Below are positions 29,401 to 38,799 of a stretch of DNA of 43,630 nt, one piece after another (within the stretch, counting starts at the first letter, position 1; every line of letters starts with the position of its first letter). The notes beneath the pieces are model-generated. The model had not been told where the DNA came from. It was given only the letters and a program-made list of their open reading frames with translations, and searched no databases. The translations under genes were made by a program, and so were the position numbers. Source of the DNA: a virus (taxonomy: Duplodnaviria > Caudoviricetes); IMG/VR virus record IMGVR_UViG_3300030061_001151, positions 1 to 43,630 of that record; one strand, written 5' to 3'.

Positions 29401-32400
29401 ATCGGGAGATGCTAATAGTAAGAAATTAATTCTATCTTCAAATCAAGGCGATACCAATGATGTTGTTTTTCAAGCAGGAGATGGGATTAGATTAGTAAAG
29501 AGTGAAAATAATCAAGGTTTACAGATTGAGTCTCTTAATTATAATGATATAATATCAAGTGCAGCCTTTAGTGAAGGTGTACTTACCTTAACTCAAAATG
29601 ATAGTAGTACATTAACTGCAACACTTCCTGATGCTACAACTTCTGCTCATGGTTTAATGACTGATACTCAGTTTGACCAATTAGCAGCAAACGTATCTAA
29701 ATTATCAGGAATAGAAAGTAATGCTACTGCTGACCAAACTGCTGCTGAAATTAGAACATTAGTTGAGTCTGCTTCTGATTCTAATGTATTTACTGATGCT
29801 GACCATTCTAAACTTAATGCAATAGAAGCGAGTGCAGATGTTACAGATAAAGCAAATGTTTCTTCAGTATTAGCATCTTTAAATCAAGATGATACTTTAC
29901 ATATAGGAGATACAGGTAATGATACAACTGTTAGAGTTAGAGGTAATCTATTTGTTGATGGTACAACTACAACAGTAAATCAAACTGCAATTAATGTGCA
30001 AAATGCATTTGTCTTTGAAGGTGCAACAGGAAATGATTTTGAAACAACTCTCACTATTACTGACCCTACCGCAGACAGAACTATTACATTACCGGATATA
30101 ACAGGAACTCTAATTACAACAGGAGATACAGGTACAATATCAAGTGGTATGATTGCCTCTGCTGCGGTTACTAGTGCTAAATTAGGAACAAGTTCTGTTT
30201 TAACTTCTAAGATAAATTCTAGTGCCGTAACAACTGCAAAGATTGCTTCTGATGCAGTAACAGGTGCTAAGATTGCAGATGATGCAATTGATTCAGAACA
30301 TTACACTGATGGTAGTATAGATACTGCACATCTTTCTGATAATGCAATCACTACTGCTAAAATAACTGATGCTAATGTTACTACTGCTAAAGTAGCAGAT
30401 GATGCAATAACATACGCAAAGATTCAAAATGTTTCTGCAACAAATAGAATACTAGGAAGAGATAGTAGTGGTGCGGGAGTAATAGAAGAAATAACTCCTG
30501 CAAATTTAAGAACAATGCTTAATGTTGCAGATGGTGCAACTAGTGTTTCAACAGAAGATATTCAAGATATAGTAGGTGCTATGTTTAGTGGTAATACTGA
30601 AACTAACGTAACTGCTACATATGAAGATTCTGATGGAACAATTGATTTAGTTGTTGCCGGTACAATCACAGGTAATGCTGGAACTGCAACTGCGTTAGAA
30701 ACTGCAAGAACTATTGGTGGAGTTTCTTTTGATGGAACTGCTAATATTAATTTAGCAGGAGTAAATATTGCAGGTAATCAGGATACTAGTGGTAATGCGG
30801 CTACTGCAACATTAGCAACTAATGCTACACATGTAACTGTTACAGATAATGAAAATACAGATGAAAATAATTTAATTACTTTTATTGAAGATGCATCTGC
30901 TACAGGAAATGTAGGTTTAGAATCTGATGGTGATTTCCACTATAATCCAAGTACAGGAACAGTTACCGCTACAATATTTTCAGGTGCTCTATCAGGAAAT
31001 GCAACTACTGCTACAGGTCTTTCTGCAACTTTAGCAATTTCTAGTGGTGGAACAGGGGCTACAAATAGTAATGCTTGGTTAAATAGTAGGATTACTACAA
31101 ATGCTGATGGTTCACTTAACTATGATGCTACAGGTGCTACGGCAGTAAATCACGATAGTTTAGCAGGATTCGTAGCAGCAGAACACTATAGATGGGATAC
31201 TGATATAAGTAGCACTGCTACAATTAATGCTGCTAATATCCCTACATTAAATCAGAATACAACAGGAAGTGCTGCTACACTAACAACTGCTAGAACAATT
31301 AATGGAGTTAACTTTGATGGTTCTGCTAATATAACTGTAACTGCTGCTGCTACAACTTTAACAGGAACTAGTTTGAAAAGCACAGTAGTTGGTTCTTCGT
31401 TAACATCTGTTGGTTCTTTAACTTCTTTAGATGTAAATGGTGATACTACAATATCAGGTACTCTTTCATTAGATGGTTCTGCTAACGAATTAAGATTTTA
31501 TGAAGGTTCTAATTATGTAGGGTTTGAAGCCCCTGCTTTATCTGCTAATCAAATATGGGTATTACCTGCTGCTGATGGTAGTGCTAATCAAGTATTGAAA
31601 ACAGATGGTAGTGGCAATTTAGCATGGGGAACTGCTGATGGAACTGCTTCTTCTACAGTAGTAGTATCTGATAGTACTGCAAATACAAACTTCCCAGTAG
31701 TATTCCATGATGAGTCTAATGCTCTATTGGATGATACAGGAGCATTAAGATATAATCCAAGTACAGGAACTTTACTTGTTCCTAATCTTGTTGTTGCAGG
31801 AACTACAACTACTGTTGATACTGTTACAATGGAAGCGGCTAATGCAGTAGTGTTTGAAGGAGCAACTGCTGATGCTTATGAAACTACATTAACTATTACA
31901 GACCCAACTGCTGATAGAACAATTACTTTACCTAATGCAGGAGGAACAGTAGCAGTATCAGCATCCGCAGGAATAGCATTATCTGCGGCAGGAGATATTA
32001 CTGCTAATCTATCTGCATCCCATATTCCTAATTTAGCAACAAGTAAAATTACTTCCGGTACATTTGCAGATGCAAGAATAGCCGCCTCTAATGTTACTCA
32101 ACATCAAGCCTCTATTACTGCTCTTGGAACTTTAACCGCACTTACAGGTGGAACGGGTGATTTAATTTGGGATACAAATACTTTAGTTGTTGATTCATCA
32201 GCAGACCGAGTTGGAATAGGTATTACTGCTCCCGAATATAAGTTAGATGTTCAAGATGGTTCAATTAGAATATTACCTACTATTTCATCCAATGCAGGAA
32301 CGGCAATTAGAGTTGGAGCAAGAGATAATGATAATGATATTACTTTAATTAGAGTAGATGGAAATGGTTCGGGAGAAGGAACAGGTAATACCGGAGAATC

Positions 32401-35332
32401 TAATGATAGTAATTATGGTTTCTCTATGAAATACATGGGTAGTGGTAGTGGTGATAGAAATAGATTTGGATTGATTATGGATAATCAAGCCGGTGTTCCA
32501 TATGAAGCACTTACTGTTTTACAAAATGGTGAAGTTGGAATAGGTAGTACTGACCCTCAATCTCAATTAGAAATTCGTGCTGGTGCTGGTGCTGCTGGTA
32601 CTCTTACATTATCAACTGGTGAAACAACAGTAGTTGATGGTGACAAACTCGGTAGGATTAACTTTAATGCACCATTAGAAGGAAGTGGAACAGATGCCAT
32701 TCTAGTTGGTGCTTCCATATGGGCAGAAGCAGATGCTGAATTTGCGTCAGACAATAATAAAACATCATTGGTTTTTGCTACAGGTGCTTCAGAAGCGGCT
32801 GCTGAAAAAATGAGACTTACATCAACAGGACAAATACTTCTAACAGGTGGTACATCAGCAGCAGTAGCAGCAGGTAGTGTAGGTATAGTAGAAGATGGAG
32901 ATACAGTAGAGATAAGAAATCAACATGGTGTCATCAACATAGGTTCAACAAATACATCTTATGCACACATTACAACCGATAGGTCAAGATTTTACTTTGA
33001 TGAAAGTTTGGTAGTTAATGATGGTATGGTATCATCATATGACGAAGATTTAGAACTAAAAAGAGCACAATCAGATGATGAGAAAATTGTTGTAGGAGAT
33101 GACTCGATGACATTTACTTCTGCCGGAAATGATGTAATGCAAATTGATGGTACTAATACAAGAGTAGGAATAGGAACAGGTGCAACAGTAGATGCTACAT
33201 TACATGTAGAAGGTAGTGTGTTAATTGATGCTTATGGAGCAGGAGCAGGGGCAGGTTTGTTTTTCCGTGATGGTTACTTAAATACTAATCAACCTTCAAT
33301 TACAGTACAAGACCATAATGGTTCTAATCCTGATGGACTTGCTATATCTGCTTACGATGGTATATCATTCCTATTAGATGCAACAGAAAAAGCAAGATTT
33401 GATAGTGCGGGTAAACTTGGTTTAGGTACTACTGCACCATCTAATAAATTACATCTTGCTTTATCTATGGCTGATGGTGATGATGGAATACTTCTAACAA
33501 GAACTGATAGTAGTACAAGTCAAAATGATATTCTTGGTGGAATTGGTTTTGATTCTTCTGATGGTAATATTCCTAGTACAATAACAGAAGCATCAGTAGC
33601 GTTAGTTGCTAAAGCAAGGGAAGACCACGGAACAGGAGATAAAGGAGGCTATCTTGACTTCTATTATACACCATCTGATGACGATGATGATACAACTTCC
33701 CGTATAGGTATGCGAATGATGCAAGGGAAATTATCAGTTGGTGGTCAAAATAGTGATGTAGGCGACCCAATTAATTCATTAGTAGTTGAACATGCAGGTA
33801 GTGATTGGCATAATGGAATACTCGTTCTTCGTGATGATACATCAATATCAGAAGGCGATTTACTAGGTGCAATTGGTTTTGATGGTAAAGATGGAAATAA
33901 CCCAAGCAGTGTCCTAGAAGCATCAGTGGCTCTTGCTGGTTACGCTTCTGAAGACCACGGAACAGGAGATAAAGGTGGGTATCTTTCTGTATTACTTACT
34001 GAAACTAATGACGATGATGATACAACAAGTACAGAAGTTATGAGAGTATCTACTGTTTCTGCGGGAACATCTTCAACTTTAACAATAAAGAATGGTAACG
34101 TTTCAATGCCTGATGATACTAAATATGCGGCAATTGATTTCCATAATGTAGATAGTAGTGGAGCAGGAGTTGGTGCTTCAATAAACGCTATGTCTGCTGC
34201 TAGTGGAAGAGGTGGATATTTAGAGTTCCAAACAGGTACAACCGGAGGAAGTCAAGCCACTAGAGTAACAATAGATTCAGCAGGTAGTGTAGGAATAGGC
34301 ACTACAACTCCTTCTGAAAAATTAGAGGTTGCAGGTAATATATTAGTTAACAATAATGGCTCAATAAAGGCAAACGGAAGTGGGTCTTTACTGCTTGGAA
34401 ATACAAATAGTGGTCTTATCAAAGTTCATGGTGATACAAGTTCATCTATTATAGAAGGTCATGGTAACGCCTTAGTTTTACAAACAGTACGTGATAGTGA
34501 CGATATTAAATTTAATGTAAACAAAGGTGGTACTGATTCAGATGGAACTGAAGTAACAGTAATGAAAATAGATGGTGAATTAGGACATGTAGATATACCT
34601 ACTGATAATACAAGATTAAGATTTGGTGCAGGTCAAGACTTATCTATTTATCACGATGGTTCTAACTCTTATATAGATGAAGAAGGAACTGGTTCTTTAA
34701 TTATTAACTCAACTCAAGTTGCTCTGAAAGGAGGAAGTGATGCCGCAGAAAATATGGCTACATTTATGGATAATGGAGCAGTAACTCTCTATCATAATAA
34801 CTCGGCTAAGTTTGCTACAACTGCTACGGGTGCAGAAGTTACAGGTGAAATTAAAACTTCGTTAGGTAACATTAACAGTTGTGTAACATTTGTGTATAAC
34901 AGAAGTGATATGAATAGTGGTGCAGTAAATCTAAAAGCAGTATCAAATGATTACGGTTCAACTCAAAATCATTGGGGATTTATTATGCCTAAATCGGGAA
35001 CAGTAAAATATTTAACATTAAACACTAGAAATCATACAGTTACAAGTACAAACGTACAAACTTGGAAAATAAATAATAATAATGATAATGGAACTTCGGG
35101 GGAATTTTTTGCAATTGATGTAGCAAAAGGTGCAACTCAAGATAATACAGGAGTGAGTGGAGATGCTACAATGGAATTAACACAATCTTCTCATTCAAGT
35201 ACAATATGGAGAGGTTCAGTGGTTGTAAACCACACCTTTGATGCAGGAGATGAAATTAGAATACAAAGAACAAATGCCAACAGTGTTGATATGGGAGATA
35301 CTACGGGTGTTTTATACGTGGAGTTTGATTGA
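26465..35332 (+). CDS. Giant modular tail fibre/adhesin
   Basis: 2955 aa, A/T/S/G/D-rich. Repeated AVTxAKIADD units, TARTIxGVxFDG, and VGIGTTxPxxKL fibre motifs. GGAGGTGA SD. Confidence 0.85.
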   Translation: MVQNNPDFLSTMSTNPNVRLADGADNIHSLIFAQMNIATSDNRVIDGFNITQNTSGTYTTYAVSLGSIFRDGLLVSIAATTSNLTVEIAQKTFDWYGVLVINSSNAFAIRTGASSGSSAKVSTLSAGDIPIAVIKFAANQLGVENQIQYLAYGQTVRELSIVNEAGGVPSETLRINKTGTISKISSGSVAGTLTLPDATGTIALTSQAYTHPNHSGDVTSNADGATTIANDAVTYAKMQNVSATNRILGRDSSGAGDVEEITPANLRTMINVEDGATADQTDAQIETAYNNQVAAVSSQERTDGTVTAIRRFTPADIHSMIDTHASDTNTDVDVSIANLKTKLNSDFGGDFTIGSQNDDTATISGHLTVGGNLTIQGSTTTINTETVSLQDNIILLNSNSANTPSENAGLEVERGNSNNVKLRWNESTDRWQFTNDGSTYFNLPTTAELANPYTHPDSDVANLDTSGAEVLDTLVTNATGHITAMTKRTLTKGDLGLGNVENTAISSFTGTSNIATVGTIGTGTWQGTAIATAYIADDAITQAKLADDAVGADQLASNAVVNASIASNAAIAQSKIDGLSTSLSGKEPSLTIGLGLNRNSATLSLDINSLTNENAIHRTNDTLAFYDADGNTTKLRKVTLENILNKLTSADIPADAITGAKIADDAVAAEHIASNAIVNASVASDAAITADKLADESGTNSSTKKIFTYGEQQKLAGIAANANNFSLTSSSVTNAHLAGSIANSKLSNSSVTVNSNAVALGGSITLDTDDIGEGNNKYYTDERVDDRVNALITAGEGIDTSYDDSSNALTISTEDATSSNKGVASFASTDFDVSSGAVSIKAAGVSNSQLAGSIAQSKVTNLVSNLAAKAPIADPTFTGEIGIGDVNVSETELGILEGATLTTTELNYVDGVTSSIQTQLNSKLSSLSVSGLSDVSSGLIQSITNGSTSDTIPSAAAVYSLVQGASNITRLYEVDFADVSGDANSKKLILSSNQGDTNDVVFQAGDGIRLVKSENNQGLQIESLNYNDIISSAAFSEGVLTLTQNDSSTLTATLPDATTSAHGLMTDTQFDQLAANVSKLSGIESNATADQTAAEIRTLVESASDSNVFTDADHSKLNAIEASADVTDKANVSSVLASLNQDDTLHIGDTGNDTTVRVRGNLFVDGTTTTVNQTAINVQNAFVFEGATGNDFETTLTITDPTADRTITLPDITGTLITTGDTGTISSGMIASAAVTSAKLGTSSVLTSKINSSAVTTAKIASDAVTGAKIADDAIDSEHYTDGSIDTAHLSDNAITTAKITDANVTTAKVADDAITYAKIQNVSATNRILGRDSSGAGVIEEITPANLRTMLNVADGATSVSTEDIQDIVGAMFSGNTETNVTATYEDSDGTIDLVVAGTITGNAGTATALETARTIGGVSFDGTANINLAGVNIAGNQDTSGNAATATLATNATHVTVTDNENTDENNLITFIEDASATGNVGLESDGDFHYNPSTGTVTATIFSGALSGNATTATGLSATLAISSGGTGATNSNAWLNSRITTNADGSLNYDATGATAVNHDSLAGFVAAEHYRWDTDISSTATINAANIPTLNQNTTGSAATLTTARTINGVNFDGSANITVTAAATTLTGTSLKSTVVGSSLTSVGSLTSLDVNGDTTISGTLSLDGSANELRFYEGSNYVGFEAPALSANQIWVLPAADGSANQVLKTDGSGNLAWGTADGTASSTVVVSDSTANTNFPVVFHDESNALLDDTGALRYNPSTGTLLVPNLVVAGTTTTVDTVTMEAANAVVFEGATADAYETTLTITDPTADRTITLPNAGGTVAVSASAGIALSAAGDITANLSASHIPNLATSKITSGTFADARIAASNVTQHQASITALGTLTALTGGTGDLIWDTNTLVVDSSADRVGIGITAPEYKLDVQDGSIRILPTISSNAGTAIRVGARDNDNDITLIRVDGNGSGEGTGNTGESNDSNYGFSMKYMGSGSGDRNRFGLIMDNQAGVPYEALTVLQNGEVGIGSTDPQSQLEIRAGAGAAGTLTLSTGETTVVDGDKLGRINFNAPLEGSGTDAILVGASIWAEADAEFASDNNKTSLVFATGASEAAAEKMRLTSTGQILLTGGTSAAVAAGSVGIVEDGDTVEIRNQHGVINIGSTNTSYAHITTDRSRFYFDESLVVNDGMVSSYDEDLELKRAQSDDEKIVVGDDSMTFTSAGNDVMQIDGTNTRVGIGTGATVDATLHVEGSVLIDAYGAGAGAGLFFRDGYLNTNQPSITVQDHNGSNPDGLAISAYDGISFLLDATEKARFDSAGKLGLGTTAPSNKLHLALSMADGDDGILLTRTDSSTSQNDILGGIGFDSSDGNIPSTITEASVALVAKAREDHGTGDKGGYLDFYYTPSDDDDDTTSRIGMRMMQGKLSVGGQNSDVGDPINSLVVEHAGSDWHNGILVLRDDTSISEGDLLGAIGFDGKDGNNPSSVLEASVALAGYASEDHGTGDKGGYLSVLLTETNDDDDTTSTEVMRVSTVSAGTSSTLTIKNGNVSMPDDTKYAAIDFHNVDSSGAGVGASINAMSAASGRGGYLEFQTGTTGGSQATRVTIDSAGSVGIGTTTPSEKLEVAGNILVNNNGSIKANGSGSLLLGNTNSGLIKVHGDTSSSIIEGHGNALVLQTVRDSDDIKFNVNKGGTDSDGTEVTVMKIDGELGHVDIPTDNTRLRFGAGQDLSIYHDGSNSYIDEEGTGSLIINSTQVALKGGSDAAENMATFMDNGAVTLYHNNSAKFATTATGAEVTGEIKTSLGNINSCVTFVYNRSDMNSGAVNLKAVSNDYGSTQNHWGFIMPKSGTVKYLTLNTRNHTVTSTNVQTWKINNNNDNGTSGEFFAIDVAKGATQDNTGVSGDATMELTQSSHSSTIWRGSVVVNHTFDAGDEIRIQRTNANSVDMGDTTGVLYVEFD
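33620..33975 (+). repeat. Exact 26-nt direct repeat marking a 330-nt tandem domain duplication in the fibre
   Basis: GAAGACCACGGAACAGGAGATAAAGG at 33620-33645 and 33950-33975. Confidence 0.9.
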
Positions 35333-35553
35333 TTATGGTGACTGAAGCAGAATGGGATTATTTGAGGCAAGATAGAAATAGTGCATTAAGAGTGATTGAT
35401 AAATATCAACTGACATTAGTGTATAAAGATTTAACAAGTTCACAAAAAACAGAATTAGCAACATATAGAACTGCTTTACTACAGTTGCCACAAACTTTTG
35501 ATACTCCTGAAGATTGTTATGCTAATTTTCCAACAAAACCTTCTTGGATTTAA
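35329..35553 (+). CDS. Tail fibre assembly chaperone
   Basis: LRQDRNSAL...YRTALLQLPQ...FPTKPSWI pattern. Directly after the fibre gene. Confidence 0.75.
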   Translation: MIMVTEAEWDYLRQDRNSALRVIDKYQLTLVYKDLTSSQKTELATYRTALLQLPQTFDTPEDCYANFPTKPSWI

Positions 35554-35627
35554 TTCTTTTTTCTAAGAGCCAACCATACAAAGAACTTATTTGATAAAGT
35601 CCAAAATGCTTTATCTATTTTGTTCAT
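35550..35627 (-). CDS. Micro-ORF, 25 aa, basic amphipathic (MNKIDKAFWTLSNKFFVWLALRKKN)
   Basis: Hand-translated. Last member of an overlapping micro-ORF chain. Confidence 0.4.
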   Translation of the reverse strand: MNKIDKAFWTLSNKFFVWLALRKKN

Positions 35628-35691
35628 TAATCATACCTTCCAATATTACTTCCCAATAATCCCAATTAATATTATCGGGATTTTTAGTCAC
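35611..35691 (-). CDS. Micro-ORF, 26 aa (GTG start; MTKNPDNINWDYWEVILEGMINEQNR)
   Basis: Hand-translated. AGGTGG SD upstream; overlaps its neighbours. Confidence 0.4.
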   Translation of the reverse strand: MTKNPDNINWDYWEVILEGMINEQNR

Positions 35692-35845
35692 GATTTATAT
35701 TCCACCTATAAATTACACTACCAACAATAATACTCATTGTAACAACAAATAAACCTAATTTTAATAAAGGGGAATCTAAAGAAGACATATCTACGATAAT
35801 ATCACTTTCTAGAAATTTCATTGTATTATCTATATTTATTTTCAT
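35684..35845 (-). CDS. Small single-pass membrane protein, 53 aa
   Basis: Hand-translated, with transmembrane segment LGLFVVTMSIIVGSVIY. ATGA overlap with the upstream micro-ORF. Confidence 0.55.
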   Translation of the reverse strand: MKINIDNTMKFLESDIIVDMSSLDSPLLKLGLFVVTMSIIVGSVIYRWNINRD

Positions 35846-35937
35846 TCTTCCCACTCACTAAATGTCTCTTTCATGAAATCTTTCATCCACTTACAAGAAC
35901 CATTATGATGTTTTCTCGGTTTCGGCTCGGCAGACAT
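35842..35937 (-). CDS. Micro-ORF, 31 aa (MSAEPKPRKHHNGSCKWMKDFMKETFSEWEE)
   Basis: Hand-translated. First ORF after the AT-rich intergenic region. Confidence 0.5.
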   Translation of the reverse strand: MSAEPKPRKHHNGSCKWMKDFMKETFSEWEE

Positions 35938-36119
35938 TAGTGTAGAAAGTAAACCACTAGTATTTTATCTTTGCTTAAAGTAAAGAAAATCCTGATTTTT
36001 ATTTTTTACGGAATTTAAATACTCTCAAAGTCGTGATTAAAACTAGAAATAGTTTATTCTTAATCTACAATTCTATAAATTCATTATTCGTAATTAGAAA
36101 AAAATCGCTATTTGAGAAG

Positions 36120-36152
36120 CGGAAAACCAAAAAATTTTTGCATAAAAAAAAG
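36120..36152 (-). terminator. Oligo-T tracts, probable archaeal-type terminator of the replication operon
   Basis: Runs of T8 and T7 on the - strand about 20-45 nt after the stop at 36171. Confidence 0.5.
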
Positions 36153-36170
36153 CGACCTTGCAGCCACAAG

Positions 36171-36308
36171 TTATTCTTGTGACCACAAAGCCTTACATTC
36201 TCTACATTGCCAAATAAAAATTGATTCTGCCGAACCGACATACTTGCCTTTTATTCTCTTAGGTATTGTTGTTTTGTTACAAAATTTGCATAATTCAGCG
36301 AGAGCCAT
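36171..36308 (-). CDS. Small Zn-ribbon protein, 45 aa
   Basis: Hand-translated MALAELCKFCNK...IWQCRECKALWSQE (CxxC...CxxC). GAGGAG SD. Confidence 0.7.
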   Translation of the reverse strand: MALAELCKFCNKTTIPKRIKGKYVGSAESIFIWQCRECKALWSQE

Positions 36309-36456
36309 TCCGACTTCTCTCCTCATCAATTAATTTCTCCATGTATTCATCAATGTTTGATTCGGAATATTTTGAACCTCCGAATGCTGCAAAGAATAAC
36401 AATGAAAGAAAGCAAAGAAAGACAAACCAAACAATCCATTCAAATGTTGTTGCCAT
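36295..36456 (-). CDS. Small single-pass membrane protein, 53 aa
   Basis: Hand-translated MATTFEWIVWFVFLCFLSLLFFAAFGG...; starts 1 nt after the exonuclease stop. Confidence 0.7.
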   Translation of the reverse strand: MATTFEWIVWFVFLCFLSLLFFAAFGGSKYSESNIDEYMEKLIDEERSRNGSR

Positions 36457-37050
36457 TTACCATTCCACTCCTAAATCTAGTGTTTCCTCTTGTTCTAACG
36501 AGAACCCCTTTACCATTTTATTGTTTTGCCCATATTGCCATAAATCATATACAAGTTGACAGTCTTTCAAACAATATTCTGCAACTTCTGAATATCCACC
36601 GGATTTCCAAACAGTTGGTGCATCAGCACTATCCATAATTTTATTTTCACCTAATGTATTCTGTACTAAATTATTCAAACTATATCTTTCACCATGTTCT
36701 TTGTTGATTAACATACTAGTATCAATATATGCTTTATCATCAAGATATTTTTTAATACAATAAATATCCATTGCATTTTTCATAACAGGTAAATCAAAAC
36801 CTACAATATTATGACCTAATAGAATCCCACCACTTTTATGAAATTCATCTAAGTCGAACTTTAAATCAGATAGAGGTTTGATTATAACATTACTTTTCTT
36901 TAAATCATCTACAGATTTATCTATGTATATTGTACCTACATCTCCATTCCATGTACAAACAGTAGAAACCTGAAACATATGGGTATTATTCCAACCACCA
37001 ATTTCATGTGCAAAGTTTTTAGTTTCTATGTCAATAGCCATTACACTCAT
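36457..37050 (-). CDS. DEDD/DnaQ-like (RNase H fold) 3'-5' exonuclease
   Basis: ExoI AIDIET, ExoII GHNIVGFDL, ExoIII EYCLKD. Confidence 0.85.
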   Translation of the reverse strand: MSVMAIDIETKNFAHEIGGWNNTHMFQVSTVCTWNGDVGTIYIDKSVDDLKKSNVIIKPLSDLKFDLDEFHKSGGILLGHNIVGFDLPVMKNAMDIYCIKKYLDDKAYIDTSMLINKEHGERYSLNNLVQNTLGENKIMDSADAPTVWKSGGYSEVAEYCLKDCQLVYDLWQYGQNNKMVKGFSLEQEETLDLGVEW

Positions 37051-37316
37051 TTTTTGCCACCGCTTTTGGGTTTTGTTTCTTCTTCAACAGAAGACCAAAG
37101 TGCGGCTATTTCACTTTCTTTAGATTTAACAGGGTCAGGAGCATGTATAGTATTACTCTTACTCATCCATGCAACTATGTGTTCTCCATTACCTACTGTA
37201 ATCATTGTAGTTAATTGCCAACCTTCTCTTCCTGAAGCATTTAATGCTTCATTAATCACTCTTGGGCCATCTTCAACACTAAATACTAAGTATTGATGTT
37301 CATATATCTCACTCAT
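37047..37316 (-). CDS. Small DUF4177-like protein
   Basis: YEH..LV...LNASGREGWQL pattern. Overlaps both neighbours. Confidence 0.6.
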   Translation of the reverse strand: MSEIYEHQYLVFSVEDGPRVINEALNASGREGWQLTTMITVGNGEHIVAWMSKSNTIHAPDPVKSKESEIAALWSSVEEETKPKSGGKK

Positions 37317-38799
37317 TCATTTCACTTCCTTTTATTTTTATGTATACGCTTCTTCCTATTTTCTTTTCTTCAAAATTATGTTTGATGTCTCGATACCAAC
37401 GGTATACACTTGGTTGAGCCTTGTGGGTAGTTTTTCTAACTTCCTCTAATAATGCCGTTTTATTCACGTAATCATCATCCTTCTTTTTCATTTTAAAATA
37501 TAATTCTCTAAATGTATTCATGTTTGCTTTGTCTTCCAAACTACTCTGCTTAACCTTCAATGCAGTGTCAAGCCATGATACCAATGATTTATAACATTGT
37601 CTAACAAGAAATGATGCCTGTCTAACATGTCTGTCAGTTACAATAAACCGTTGTTCTTTCTGTAAACTAGGTGCTTCGGCAATACAAGATAACACTGCCA
37701 TCTTTACCATAGTACCGTTTAATCTAGTAATAAAGTTACTAGCGATACCAAATACTTCAGGTCTACTACTAGCAACATAGTTTCTCATTTTCCAAGACTC
37801 ATTCTTGATAGCATCAGTAATACCTCTTCCAAATTTGATTGTTTTCAATGGGTCTCCATCTCCTTCATCAAAATGTTTCTTTAATGTTTCATACATCAAA
37901 AGAAAATTATTTGCAAACTTAGTTATCGGTAAATCTCTATTGATAATAGTTCCTACTTCATCAATAATAGAATCTCTTAATTCATCTTGTATATGTTGTG
38001 GAACTTCTCTAATGTAGATTAAGGTTCTTTGCATAACTCCTTTTTCTGCAATAACTGTTGTAAGCATAGTTGGAATATATGTAGTGGCAAAGGTAGACCT
38101 TTGACATCTACACTCAATAGTATCTCCGTCTTTTAGTTTCTTAGTAATAATCCAATTTTCTCCATGTAAAGAATTCATGAATGTATTCAGATACATAATA
38201 ACATTTTCTTTATGTTGACTTTGTTTAAAGACACCTGAATATTCAAACTCATCATATGCTGCTAAACCTGCACCTTCTAATGCTCCCATTATTTGTACAG
38301 GTTGTTTGATTCTTGTTACATTACCTTCATCATCTACATCTTCAACAAACTCTTCTCCCATAGAACCTACTAATGCAGCATCAGTAGTATCTTTAATTGA
38401 AAAGACATCAAAATTTGTTTTGTGTTTCTTGTTGATTAATTCAAAGGATAAATCAGAAACAGGGCCAAAAAAGTCATACAATGTTGATTTGCCTGTTCCT
38501 GAAGTCTGCATCCAAATGAAGTGTACTCTTGTATCATCTATTCTTCTACCACTAGGTATGGCTACCATGTCTTTACATATCTGTCCTAGTAACACATAGA
38601 AAGATACTGCTGATGGTACTTCATTGTATTTTGATACTTCTGTAGCACTCTTAACATAAGCCTCAACTACCTTCGGTAGATTGCTTCTGTTTGGTGTTGC
38701 TCTATCTTTCAAACTAAGTATTGGGTTTGAATCATATAACTGTTCAAAATATAGTCTATCTTTTTCTGCTTCAATATAATCATTATCATTATTATCCAT
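37309..38799 (-). CDS. AAA+ ATPase, divergent MCM-like helicase candidate with a C-terminal winged helix
   Basis: Walker A TSGTGKST, TTDAALVG segment, Walker B AAYDEFE, late ITR and VTDRHV motifs. Confidence 0.7.
   Translation of the reverse strand: MDNNDNDYIEAEKDRLYFEQLYDSNPILSLKDRATPNRSNLPKVVEAYVKSATEVSKYNEVPSAVSFYVLLGQICKDMVAIPSGRRIDDTRVHFIWMQTSGTGKSTLYDFFGPVSDLSFELINKKHKTNFDVFSIKDTTDAALVGSMGEEFVEDVDDEGNVTRIKQPVQIMGALEGAGLAAYDEFEYSGVFKQSQHKENVIMYLNTFMNSLHGENWIITKKLKDGDTIECRCQRSTFATTYIPTMLTTVIAEKGVMQRTLIYIREVPQHIQDELRDSIIDEVGTIINRDLPITKFANNFLLMYETLKKHFDEGDGDPLKTIKFGRGITDAIKNESWKMRNYVASSRPEVFGIASNFITRLNGTMVKMAVLSCIAEAPSLQKEQRFIVTDRHVRQASFLVRQCYKSLVSWLDTALKVKQSSLEDKANMNTFRELYFKMKKKDDDYVNKTALLEEVRKTTHKAQPSVYRWYRDIKHNFEEKKIGRSVYIKIKGSEMNE

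Noticed and set aside
1285-32754. Numerous minus-strand ORFs in the structural region (for example 10276-10893, 20179-20679, 24520-24915)
   Set aside because: They are antisense shadows of long + strand genes, with Ser/Phe/Leu-rich composition and no motifs.
33620-33975. Fibre repeat pair as a diversity-generating retroelement TR/VR
   Set aside because: Both copies are in-frame coding, differences are not adenine-specific, and no reverse transcriptase is present in the window.
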